DNA from: Paraphysomonas bandaiensis
Taxonomy: Eukaryota > Protista > Chrysophyceae
DNA length: 64,000 nucleotides
NCBI GenBank assembly: GCA_965644295.1
Contig: CBFFRP010000202.1
Location: forward strand, 63,793-127,792
Direction: 5' to 3'
Shown one piece after another: positions 51,059 through 63,217 of this stretch. The stretch's first letter is position 1, and every line of letters starts with the position of its first letter. A model generated the notes under the pieces. That model was not told where the DNA came from and ran no database searches. It saw only the letters and a list, made by a program, of their open reading frames with translations. A program made the translations under genes and the position numbers.

Positions 51059-51353
51059 TATCAGCATCGTTTGTATATTTTAGTTCCAAGATGCCTCTAA
51101 TGTTGAGACAATAATTATGTGTATTTCATCTGTATATGTATGTAATTATTATAGAAGATTTTTGCTTCAATTTATTCCCGAAAAATAAGATGCTAACTTA
51201 TCGTCTCCATATCATGCATCCTATCGGCAGTCAGCATCTTATTTTTCGGGAATAAATTGAAGCAAATATAGTCTATATTACATACATACAAGTACGGCTA
51301 GAATACAGATAATTATTATCTCAATATTAGAGGCATCTTTGAACATGCCGATA
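51059..51353. mobile_element. Two back-to-back inverted copies (51059-~51200 minus, 51222-51353 plus) of the ~145-bp MITE
   Basis: Copy 4 has perfect 8-bp ends TATCGGCA...TGCCGATA; copy 3 is its diverged reverse complement ~20 bp away. Confidence 0.8.
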
Positions 51354-51512
51354 CACACATATGAACAGCATAAAAGTTAATCCTTTCTGTAAAATGTGGA
51401 AGGTACCGTACTCAAGCCCGCACCATAATGGTGTGGAACTATATAAGTGGTGATGATGAGTGACCAGTGGTATGTATGGTGTTGCTGGTGAGTAATAGAT
51501 CCAGGGAGGTGG

Positions 51513-52142
51513 GTGTTGAAGGAGGAGCTCTCTCATCACAGCATGGTATCATACATACAGAACATAATAACAGCGAGAACATATCATAGTAGCATGGAAT
51601 CAACTACCACGGAATCAACTACCACGGAATCAACTACCACGGAATCAACTACCACAGGGGGCATTAGAAAAGTCGGTGATGGGGAAACCAAAAATCGTAA
51701 CTCCTCTGCGTTAGCTCAGTTTGCGAAGTACTTGGAGATGCGGTTCGACGGGAAGAAGAGGTATAAGGAACTCATAGACAGTGATATAAATGTAGAACTA
51801 TTTCAATGTTTCGGTGGCTTTTTGATCGATCACGCCGTCCATGGAACAACGAAGAAGCCTTTGACCCTAGGTACTGCTTGGCAGTATTTGTCAGACACGA
51901 AGACTGCGCTGACGAAGCGATTTAAAAGAAATGAGTTATTAAGCAGCTCCAATGAGCTGTGGTACAAAGATGTGAGAGCGGCAGTATCAAAGCATATTAT
52001 CAAGCGGTGTATCGCACAAGGAGTGCGTATATCAGAGAAAACAAGTCCAGTGGGGAAAGAACTAATGAAGCGCATAGGTGAATACATTATACATCGGGCA
52101 TCTGATTTCTCCGGTAAGTGGACATACTTCACATATCTATGA
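51513..52142 (+). pseudogene. Probable truncated Crypton-like recombinase N-terminal (core-binding) region
   Basis: ALAQFAKYL..FQCFGGFLID..LTLGTAWQYLSDTKTALTKRF..WYKDVR..IIKRC resembles the helical domain upstream of stramenopile Crypton recombinases. No catalytic motifs follow. Confidence 0.45.
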
Positions 52143-52492
52143 TTTACTGTATACCCTATGGTAGACAACGTCAACAAACAGAAAAAACTAAATCGAGTAT
52201 TGACTAAAGGACTCGGCCTATTGTACGATGACGAGAAACGTTTTCTTGATGAGCCGAAACCCTGTATGGCAAGTCAGTCTACTTCGTACAGAGAATGGAA
52301 GAGTAATTTAAAATGCATAGCTGAAAAGGTTGAATTGCGTGTTATTGTTGATTTATTTGGTCAGGAAAATTACGACAAGTTTCACCCCAAAAAAAAGCCT
52401 CTAAGAAATACATAAACAGTATATATGATGCAATGAGTGCACGAAGGGACAGTGATGGTAACATTATTCCAAGGACAAAGAAAAGGAAACTT

Positions 52493-53420
52493 CAGTCTGA
52501 TGTTAGTAATCTGTAGAATGCCAATATATGTATTCATTTATAACCACTCCATCAACTTTTTATAATGTACCCTTATAATTAATGATTCATTAGTAATTGG
52601 AATACATCGTATCATTATTTACAGAGCATACAACAGTATAATCAACCATTACAGCGTTCAGCATTTTATTATTCGACACAGTCTGATGTTAGTAATCTGT
52701 AGAATGCCTATATGTATTCATTTATAACCACTCCATCAACTTTTTATAATGTACCCTTATAATTAATGATTCATTAGTAATTGGAATACATCGTATCATT
52801 ATTTACAGAGCATACAACAGTATAATCAACCATTACAGCGTGCAGCATTTTATTATTCGACACAGTCTGATGTTAGTAATCTGTAGAATGCCTATATGTA
52901 TTCATTTATAACCACTCCATCAACTTTTTATACTGTACCCTTATAATTAATGATTCATTAGTAATTGGAATACATCGTATCATTATTTACAGAGCATACA
53001 ACAGTATAATCAACCATCACAGCGTTCAGCATTTTATTATTCCACACCGTTCAGAATTCTTATCACATACAGCCATACTGCATACCCTTACACAACATGA
53101 CACATATTCACTGCAAGATGGAACAGGGGCAGCCGGGCGCTTGTGTCGCTTAGGCATCCCTCTTGCACCGGTAAGTATAAACGTCATTGCGCCTACAACA
53201 GCATAATAAACCATCACAGCCTTCAGCATTTTATTATTCCACACCGTTCAGAATTCTTATCACATACAGCCATACTGCATACCCTTACACAACATGACAC
53301 ATATTCACTGCAAGATGGTACAGGGGCAGCCGGGCGCTTGTGTCGCTTAGGCATCCCTCTTGCACCGGTAAGTATAAACGTCATTGCGCCTACAACAGCA
53401 TAATAAACCATGACAACATT
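52493..53420. repeat. Two adjoining tandem arrays: ~185 bp x3 (52493-~53040) and ~197 bp x2 (~53013-53420)
   Basis: Units start CAGTCTGATGTTAGTAATC at 52493, 52679 and 52863; the second array starts ACCATCACAGC at ~53013 and ~53210. Both share the motif CAGCATTTTATTATTC. Confidence 0.92.
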
Positions 53421-54322
53421 CAGCATATCATATACCATCACACAACATAGTGCATGCATGATATACAGCCTTCTATTCCTTCAAATGTACCACTTCTCAT
53501 CTCTCTACATACCTGACACTTTAAATAGGATGATGGGAGCATGATGCTCCCACCTGGAATTCAATCATTGATATCCATATCAAATCACTTCATACCATAA
53601 TATACAGCCCTTCACAGTTCCTCTCCATACAGCCTTATAAACCTCGTCCAGTAACTGCATATCTCATCTCACAGTTTCATGAAATAAGATGGTAGCAACA
53701 TGTTATCACCTATCATTCAAGCACTCATTAACGTGTATCTGCTGCATATGGCTGCCTCGTCATATTACTATATACATATACTCGATGCATGTGATATGAT
53801 GCACTATGCTATGATGCACTCTGCTGATTGGATCACTCGATGGGCGCACTTGCTGTGCGGCCTTTGTGTAAAAACAAGGGTGCGGGATCCCGCACCTGCG
53901 GTGCGGGCTAAATAATTTTTCTATCAAATTTAGAATTTCTTAGGTGGAAATATATGAAAATACATGATTTTTATCACAAATATATATTTTTTACTTATAA
54001 ATGTATGGTTTTTATATATATATATTGTACATTCCTGAAGATTCTTATTGTAACACTGTTATTATTAAGTCATTCCTACTCTATGATCTTATAGACATCT
54101 AGAACTACTCATAGGATATATTATATGATCTAAGATTTGGTGTGGATAGTACTTACAGTGTGTTTCAGTCAGTGGTAAAAGGAATTACACTATTAATCTT
54201 TAGATATTGAATAAATTAGTACTATATATATACGTATATTCATACTGGAAAATATATTGAATTAACAAGAGTGGTGTGAGTTAATCCATCCTGGTCATTA
54301 TTCCTGTAAAGAAGACTCTCCC

Positions 54323-56956
54323 ATGTCACATTTTCTTATCGTTCATGCTCAGAGTAAGTGGGATATGTATATATATACTCATACTTATGTGTAGTGTGCA
54401 TACCTAAACATGTATAGTGTATACCTGTATATGGAAGGTTCTTATATGCACTTATATATATATGGGTATACAGAAACCGCTAGAGAGCACGAGTTTACTG
54501 AGATATTTGGCAATCAATTCTTGTACTACGAGAAGTCGGATGAAAAACCGAACCCCGATGTATGGCAGTGTATCATGATCGGAATACCTGCTGAAATGAC
54601 TCTTGATGTGAGACTGCCAGTGGACACTATTATCGTACTAAATATGTGGCCATCATGTATATTTAGGAATGTCGACTGTTTTTTGAACCTTATGGCAACG
54701 ACATTTACCACATCACCGTGATTCATGATTCTGTTATGCATGGGTGCAAGGCCGCGGTAATCCAATTTCATTTAAAGGTATTGAACCCATCAGTGCTACA
54801 GAATTCCTAATAGTACTTCAGGAATCGATGGAGTCGTTCTGCCGACTGTATTGCCACTTGCATTTTCCTGCGCATTCGTAAGTATTATAGTTCCGGCAAT
54901 GTGCGATAACGTCATATATATTAGTTCCGCAGCGCCCTGTTTAGTGGTGCCCCTTCAAGATTTTGTGGTTATTGATGACAACTCTTCCCCAGCTGTTGAG
55001 AACAGCCCCTCATCTGCGAATGTGATGCCTACCATCCCTCAAGAAACGACAGCAGCATCCATTCCAAGCATCCCTGATGATTCGAGTGGCTCTGTCCTCT
55101 CCCCACCACCCCCGGCGCATCTGCAGCTACCAAATTGCCCCGTATGTTTGCGACGTATTTCTGATAAGGCTTCTGGTGTATGTGCAACGCAAGATGTTAT
55201 TGTGGGACCAGATTTCACTGGACATGCTGATAGGTATGAGCTTCGCATCTCTTGAATAAGTTAGTATTGAAATGGTAATGAGTCAGGTGCCCAGTGTGCT
55301 TCATTGTCAGCGAGGATGGAAGAGATGTGCGTTAACTTTGTTCATTCATCGATGTTTTAGTAACTGTTATTAACGATAATAGCGAAGACACTGCGCGGTT
55401 TGTGGATTGAAGGAAAACCTATGGGTATGTTTACAGTGTGCTTATACTGGGTGCGGAAGATATACTTCCCAGCATGCCAAGAAGCATTTTCATGACAAAG
55501 GTATAGGCTACCCTTAATATTGATACACCCTAAAATATTTCCGTTTATAGGCCACCCGTTTAGCCTGGAGTGTGCAACTGGCAGGTTGAAACAGTGTTAC
55601 CAAGTATCACGCGATATGGTAATACTGTTTTGCAGGTTATGGGACTACGTACACGACAAGTTTGTGCATTTAGGTGAGGTGTATTTGACGGTGGTGAGTG
55701 CTTAATTAACGATACTATTGCATTGCTAGACCCGTTTACTATATACACCAAGAATATTGCATCTCGTGAAATGCTGGAAACGTCTAGTATCACTTCCCAA
55801 CAGGCATATCCCGAGCCTTCTCCTCTAGTTCTTCAATCCAGTGGACCTGTATGCAGTGCTAGTCTGGAAGACAACGGCGAAAAGGAAGCGACGTGGACAC
55901 TGGAGAAACCTATTGCAGAGGATATGTCCCAAGATGAAATAATCAAGAGCCACCTAGATAATGGAGTAGTAGACAAAATTGGAAAGCTACAGCAAGATTA
56001 TGAGGTTGGTGTTCTCATACAAATCCCTGGCCAATTCTAAAAATAAATAGCAATTACTCGTATCTCAATTGAACGACCAGCGGTTGCATTACGAAAAGGT
56101 GTGATCGTCACTGAATTTAAGCCTGTGGTGATGTTGTCATTTTCAGCTTCTAGCACGTGAAACGGTTCGGTTACTGGAGATGGGATATGATGTCAAAGGA
56201 GTGTTTAAGGAAGCCTCATCAGATTCTGTATACATCGAGAGAGCCGATGCGGCAATGATCCCATGCCCAGGAGCTAGCGGAGAGTCCAAAGTTGCAATTG
56301 ATGAGAACATGTCGATGGATGGCTCGCTGGACTCTGATATGGCACAAATCGAACAGCTTAAAATGGATATATCTGGTGCTTCATGTAATATTGTCGTGAT
56401 TTAACCTAATGTTTTTCTTTCAAGCAATCGAGCATGAGTACAATGGCATATTGCAGCAGATACATTCAGTGACGGCGTCCACAGTAGAGGTTAGAAAAGA
56501 CAACAATCGACTATTGAATGCCCAGAAAGTTCAGGTGTGCTTTATTTTACCAGTGGTTCAGCATGAATTAATTTCGTATAATTTGCTGTAGAAGCAACGT
56601 ATCGCAGACTATACGGCGAAAACAGAAACAATTAGACAAAAAGAAAAGGACGAGGTAAATCACATGTTTTCATGTATTATATTCTATGATTTATTTTCAT
56701 TTTGTATAGGTTGCCAATCTTGAGCAACAAATCAGAGAATTAGAGTTTTACTTACGGTTAGTTAGATTCATGCTGTCCTACAGTCGTAAATACATTGACG
56801 TCTGTGTCTAGAACACAAGAACAAATAGGCGCATCCCCACTAAGAGATGAAGTGCAAGGAGGTGTTATGATTGTTCAGGAGGGACAGCCCACTAATAGAA
56901 CTAACTCTAGGGTGTCGGCCTCGACACGAAGAAAAAAAGGTGGTCATAGTAAATAG
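54323..56956 (+). CDS. BRAP: BRAP2/ETP1-like protein (RING-like, zf-UBP, coiled coil), multi-exon
   Basis: WQCIMIGIPAEMT, QLPNCPVCLRRI..R|CPVC, zf-UBP CAVCGLKENLWVCLQCAYTGCGRYTSQHAKKHF|GHPFSLE..RLWDYVHDKFVH, then LLVSQLNDQRLHYE and LEQQIRELEFYL. Confidence 0.85.
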
Positions 56957-57770
56957 CTTTGATCATCATCTGTGTTATCTGGTAATAAGTTATTACCAAA
57001 CGACTCCAGTCAAGGGTATTGGAAATTGCTCATTTGAAGCTAGATCACAGAGAGAATTTGTCGTAAGACTAGATAGATTTATTAATATCGTTTACACGAA
57101 GTTGTGATAACCAACACTAACTCATTTTTATCCATGCATAATATCCTACATATGCGAACCTCTCGTTACTGAACATATCTTGAAAGATCAAACTATTTCA
57201 GTTTCTCAATATCATCACAGCATTTGTACATCACTATATTTCACTGTATTCTCGTACATTGCCTTCAAGTGACATACTGAATATACTAGAATAAGATCCA
57301 TATTCTAATAAAGGGATTGTTTTGCAGCGTAGGCATATAGCGCTAAGTCAAATAATATATTGTACTAAAGTTCCTAGTTTCTGTCACAGTAGCCTGTAAA
57401 AGTTAAACTTAGTATCCGAAACAGTGTTTAAAAAATGAAGCATTTAATTTCCTGCAGACAAGTAAAACTCAACAAAGCTAATAAGCAGTGAATAGATATT
57501 CATTATAATCCTGGCGTAGTATTTCCGTGTTGCGTCGAGCAATAGATCTACACTATACTAGTATGGTTCATACATGACAACCAGACACCCATATATTGTA
57601 AGCAGTCATTCATAGTCATGAAAAGCTCCTTGTTGGCCATTACGCCATTATAAGGGATAAAGAGGTCGATATGACCCTACTAGAACATACATACATAAGT
57701 CATACATAGCTATGATAGTGCACGAGAACATGATGGCTATGAACCATCAGAGGAATGACGAAGGAAGGAT

Positions 57771-58304
57771 TTAGAGGTACAGTCTCCTTGATATGCCACA
57801 TGACCACATGTATACCGAAGACCATATTGAGGAGGTGGACATCATATGACCCAACTGTATATGTATGTATACATGTATGTATTGTGGCATGAAACTCTGG
57901 GTTTCAGGGTTTTGAGGTTTCGGTCCTTCAGGGATCGTTGGGTTTCCCTTTAGGATATGACTGATGAGGCGGTGGAGGATTACATCGAGAAATGTCGCCT
58001 CTATTTCCACAAGCGTGGTGGGAGAGAGAGGTAGACCGATCGTTGATCTCGGCCAATGTGGAGCCATCTTGCGAAGAAATGCATAGAAATCCTCTGAATA
58101 TAACACTTCAGGATTCCTCCAGTCGTCAACCTTCCCGTTGACGTCACCCCTCAAGAAGTCAATCTTGGCCGAGATCAACGATCTGTCTACCTCTCTCTCC
58201 CACCACTCGATGTAATCCTCCACCGCCTCATCAGTCAACGCGACTAGTGGAGGAACGTCGTTCGAAGTGACCAGGAAACTGGAGGAGCTAGCCTCCTCTG
58301 CCAT
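57771..58304 (-). other. GC-rich orphan ORF (177 aa), possibly a mobile-element-derived fragment
   Basis: Coding-like composition over the first ~130 codons; ATG directly abuts the (CATA)n array; no motif recognised. Confidence 0.3.
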
Positions 58305-58305
58305 C

Positions 58306-58920
58306 GTGTATGTATGTATGTATGTATGTATGTATGTATGTATGTATGTGTATGTATGTATGTACGTATGTATGTATGTATGTATGTATGTATGTATGTA
58401 TGTATGTATGTATGTATGTATGTATGTATGTATGTATGTATGTATGTATGTATGTATGTATGTATGTATGTATGTATGTATGTATGTATGTATGTATGTA
58501 TGTATGAATGTATGTATGTATGTATGTATGTATGTATGTATGTATGTATGTATGTATCCGGCATGTATGTATGTATGTATGTATGTATGTAGGTATGTAT
58601 GTAGGTATGTAGGTATGTATGTATGTATGTATGTATGTATGTATGTATGTATGTATGTATGTATGTATGTATGTATGTATGTATGTATGTATGTATGTAT
58701 GTATGTATGTATGTATGTATGTATGTATGTATGTATGTATGTATGTATGTATGTATGTATGTATGTATGTATGTATGTATGTATGTATGTATGTATGTAT
58801 GTATGTATGTATGTATGTGTGTATGTATGTATGTTTGTATGTATGTATGTATGTATGTATGTATGTATGTATGTATGTATGTATGTATGTATGTATGTAT
58901 GTATGTATGTATGTATGTAT
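58306..58920. repeat. (TATG)n microsatellite, ~615 bp
   Basis: Directly visible, with a short CCGGCA interruption near 58558. Confidence 0.98.
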
Positions 58921-58990
58921 CATATGTGGCTTGTGGTTATCTTGACTGTGTATATTAATAGTCTCAATCTATCTCTCTTACCATCCCATC

Positions 58991-60150
58991 ATGCAATACA
59001 AAGCTGCAATGCTTCGTTTATATCATCTAGAGGATCCTACCCCCTCTCCTCCATCCCCTCCCCCTCCCCCTGCAGCTCCTCCTGTATGGACCCGTTACTT
59101 CTATCATAACAGTCATCTGATATTAGATGTATTGGTCCCTATAGGATGGTCCATATTATTCATACTATTAATGAATAGAAATACATTTATATCGAATAGT
59201 TATATGCCATTTCTTGGTATATTAGCTGCATGTATCGCTAATGCAGTCCCTCTAGGAGGGGGCATTGTATATATACCTGCATTAGCTCTATTAGGCGTTG
59301 ATTTGAAATTAGGTGTTAGTTTTACAGTTGCAACAATGTCATTTGGTAATGGATTATTTGGATTTTTAAGATGGTTACAAGCTGATCCTTCTCTTATTAT
59401 ATGGGAGTCTTTTCTGTATACTGTTTTACCATGCTGGAAAGGATCTCTTATTGGAATATATGTACTTCCAACACCGAGCACTACATCAGTGAAGTTTTTA
59501 TTTGCTTGCTTTTGTGCTGTGGTGGCTGTCCTTGTTGCGTATGCAGCTTACAAAGGTGGGGTCGATAAGGTTTCATTCAAAGATACATCAGCAAACACCA
59601 CAGCATTGCCTTCATCCCAGCCTGCACCCACACCTTCTCGGCTGTCCTGGCTACTTCTTGCTGTCGTGTCTTTTTTTGGTGGGGTGTATTTGGTTCCTAA
59701 TATTGGCGTCGGCCCTGCTCTCACAACTTATCTGGGTCTGGTGATTATGGGCTTCCCAGTGCAAGCCGCAGTAGTAACTGGGATAATCACAGGAGGGTGG
59801 GTTTGCATCCTCCCGTTCGCTCTAAATCTTACAACTGGTGATGTACCAATGACTTTGTGGTTAATGGTTATACCAGGAGTATACCTTGGGGCCAAGGTAA
59901 GATTGTAGACTCGGAGTAGTTCTCTACTCTATGTATATAGGAATAATGTAGTAGTACAATATGGTCGATAGTATAATGTTTTGCTGTGTGCATATTTGTT
60001 ATTAACCTGAGTAGAAAGCGACACTGCCTAATGTGGAATTTGTTGCAGTCTGCTCCTCTTGTACATGCCTACTGCGGAATGCAGGTGATTCTGGGTGCTT
60101 TCGCTGTACTTCTCCTATTCAATGCGGCCCTCTTTACTCTATTTAGCTAA
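58991..60150 (+). CDS. TauE/SafE (TSUP) family membrane transporter (2 exons)
   Basis: GILAACIANAVPLGGGIVYIPAL and a second-repeat GGVYLVPNIGVGPA; multiple TM helices; spliced GVYLGAK|SAPLVH..LFS*. Confidence 0.8.
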
Positions 60151-60728
60151 CTGAAACGAACAGAAGGTGCATTTTGATGGAATACAGAATGCAGAGATTA
60201 TTATATCTGTGAAGTAAGTGGACTATATTTTTATGTTGCATAGTTGGTGCACATATTTTCTTTACTCTTTCCAATCACTTGTTGTTTGCTAATGTGTCAC
60301 ATGTGTAATAAGCTGGTACATAAATCGGAACCCCTTTTTTTGATGAAGTAGAGACTTTGGATATATTTCAGGCGTGATCTTTATTCCCTATATTATACGT
60401 TCAGCGTAAAATAAAAAATAATGTAAAGGAAAATTAGTATCCTATTCCTTAGTACTTACTTAGTATTAGGATTCAGCTTAATACATGATTGTATCTGTGA
60501 GTTATAATGTTCAATGAAATACACCATAAACTGAATTAGAGAGAGTATCTGTCGAAGATACATGATCGTCATCATAACGTCGTCATTATCAGTTACACTT
60601 CTAACTATTCCGTTGTGCATGATAGTACGTCCTATATTGTTATTCATAATTTTCACTCTATCGTGTTCATTACTTACACTCTAATAATCACAACATTGTT
60701 TTACTATTATAAAGATCAATTCTTTATT

Positions 60729-62366
60729 TGGTAGCGAGTGATAGTTAAAGTTACAAGTTACGACTCAACCGACTCGGATTCAACAACCGAAAAACAGAAA
60801 GACTCAATGCCAAAGTTCGACGCGAAGAACTTCTCCAAGTGGCAGAAGAAGTGCCGTGCATGGTTTTACAGAAAGCCCAAGATCGTTTATACCCTACAAA
60901 ACGATCATCCAACTGAACCTGAAGAAGGAGAGATTTCAGATGACGAAGATTACCAATATCGACTCGACCAGTATCACGAAACGAAACGATATTATGATGA
61001 AGGTAATAATTACCTATGGTCTGTCATTTCGAGCGCTGTCATTGGTCAGGATGAAGAGGCCGAAGGGATTTTGGAAAACGTCCCCGATGGAGACGGAAAA
61101 ACCGCCTGGACCGATCTGCTAGCCCACTTCAAGGAAAAAACGACAAATGACGTAATCACCGACCTGATTGGTCAATTTCAGAGCCTAAAAATCAAAAAAG
61201 GTCAGTCAATAATCAACTTTCTTGACGCTATCGAAAAACTCAAAAACAAGCTTATCAATTATGGTCATCGGATCAACGACCAAGACTTAATATCCCGAAT
61301 ACGACAGGGAATTGTTTCAGAAGATAACATGGTTTACCGAGAATTGGCAATTAATCTGCAGCTACATCCAATTGATGATTATAAAGTATTGATTCGCAGA
61401 CTTCGCGGGTTAGGAAGCTCGTCTGTTGGAACGCTCCTATCATCCAACAATGAAGGCACAAAAACTGACAGTAGTCACCTCGCAGCATCAAAAACCCCAT
61501 TTTCCCGCAGCAAAGTCAATTTTAAGCGAAAAAGAGGGACATCTTCCAAATATCGCTCCAATAAACAGAAACATGATAAGAGAACCGATAAAGACATTAA
61601 GTGCTTCAGATGCGGAGGAAAGGGGCACATTGCATCGGAATGCAAGCACTCCTGGGAGAAGATTCAAGAGATGAAAAGCTCCTACGACAACAAGTCATCA
61701 ACAAGAGGAAAACCGAAGTTCAAGAGAGTGAAATTCCAGACTCAAAGTAACGAATATTTCCACGACCACTCTGATCAACTTGCAAATTATGAAGACAGTG
61801 GTCCATCGTCAGATTATCAAAAAGGACGAGACTACGGAGGAGTTGCTTACACACCAAGCGATGAATCACACTTCGTTAGTGATCAACAGGCAGGAATGGG
61901 ATCTCTTGACTCGGGGTGCACAGTATCAATTACATCAGAAGCAAGCTACCTTACGGACTACACTGATTGCCTCACCGAGATTCAAACAGCCAAATCAGGG
62001 TCTACAATGATATCCTCAGGTCATGGAAGACTTGGAATCATCCCCAAGTGCAAACACGTGGACCAAGCGTCTAGGACCCTCATTTCTATTAGCCAACTGG
62101 ATGACCTCGGACATGAAATCATATTCAGAAACCAGTCAGTGGAAATATTTAAAGACGGCATATTGCTATCGTATAAACAACTCAGGTCTTGCAACCTAAG
62201 ATCACTGAAAAGATATGTGAAATGGTTGTTTGTCGAAACAACAAAACAGAAAACTATAATAATAACTCTTGAAGAAACCAACAGCCAGAAACACAAGCTC
62301 CCCTGTATCCTGCAATCTAAAGCTCCCAATAGACAGATCAGTCAACCAACTATGTTAATTTCATAG
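60729..62366 (+). mobile_element. Truncated Ty1/Copia LTR retrotransposon (PBS-like site, gag, zinc knuckle, protease; no integrase or RT)
   Basis: TGGTAGCGAG at 60729; NFSKWQKK, DGKTAWTDLLAHF, CFRCGGKGHIASEC (CX2CX4HX4C), LDSGCT, TLISISQLDD. Similarity is lost after ~62170. Confidence 0.9.
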
Positions 62367-62558
62367 AGAATTATTATTAAAACTAAAGTTACAAGCCAAA
62401 CGAAAGACAGACCCCTAGTCTAAAGACTCCTCCTCATACACAGGACATTGAATGCAACCACAACCGTACAATATGCTCATACATGTACTACACTACATAC
62501 GATTCATATCCTACATCGTTTATAGTCAAAAACGCCCTGAAATACGCCTAAATAGGTC

Positions 62559-63217
62559 CTTTCCAAAAAACTCCGATTTTCGAGCCCCAAAAACCCAAAA
62601 ATCCCCAATTTTTGAGAATTGCAGAAAATCGCCGATTTTCGAGCCACAAACACCCAAAAATGACTGATAGTAAACGTACGCATAAAAATACTCTTTTGCT
62701 TCAAAATCTCTTGAAAAAACAGCTCATGTGTATTCGGCCGCACTGATTTCCAATCCAGTGGCTTAAAATATCTCAGCGCGTATCGCAAAGTCTCAATGAA
62801 CTCCACTTTGGACAACACCTTGGTCTCCTTAGCCATCAGCTCACAGAATTTCTGAGCACTCAACTTAACAAACATTTTATCCGTCAAGCTATTGTTGAAC
62901 ATAAGCAGGTTCCGAACACGCCTGCTAACTATCTGGGCTGGCTCATCAGAAATTCTGTGAGCTGATGGCTAAGGAGACCAAGGTGTTGTCCAAAGTGGAG
63001 TTCATTGAGACTTTGCGATACGCGCTGAGATATTTTAAGCCACTGGATTGGAAATCAGTGCGGCCGAATACACATGAGCTGTTTTTTCAAGAGATTTTGA
63101 AGCGAAAGAGTCTTTCCAAAAAACTCCGATTTTCGAGCCCCAAAAACCCAAAAATCCCCAATTTTTGAGAATTGCAGAAAATCGCCGATTTTCGAGCCAC
63201 AAACACCCAAAAATGAC
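62559..63217. repeat. Nested repeats: 106-bp direct repeat (62559-62664 / 63112-63217) enclosing a 166-bp inverted repeat (62690-62855 / 62946-63111)
   Basis: Direct copies look identical; the inverted arms differ at one visible position; 90-bp spacer. Confidence 0.93.

Noticed and set aside
53160-53180. ATACTTACC on the minus strand resembling the U1 snRNA 5' end (also ~53365)
   Set aside because: It is the complement of a GGTAAGTAT splice donor; the following sequence does not resemble U1 and no Sm site was seen.
1-56956. A 'DNA-repair/BRCA1 cluster' (ERCC6L, BABAM1, BRAP)
   Set aside because: The genes are 16-37 kb apart with unrelated genes between; chance proximity is sufficient.
57898-57935. 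GGGTTTCAGGGTTTTGAGG as an interstitial telomere
   Set aside because: Only two or three degenerate units; not distinguishable from low-complexity sequence.
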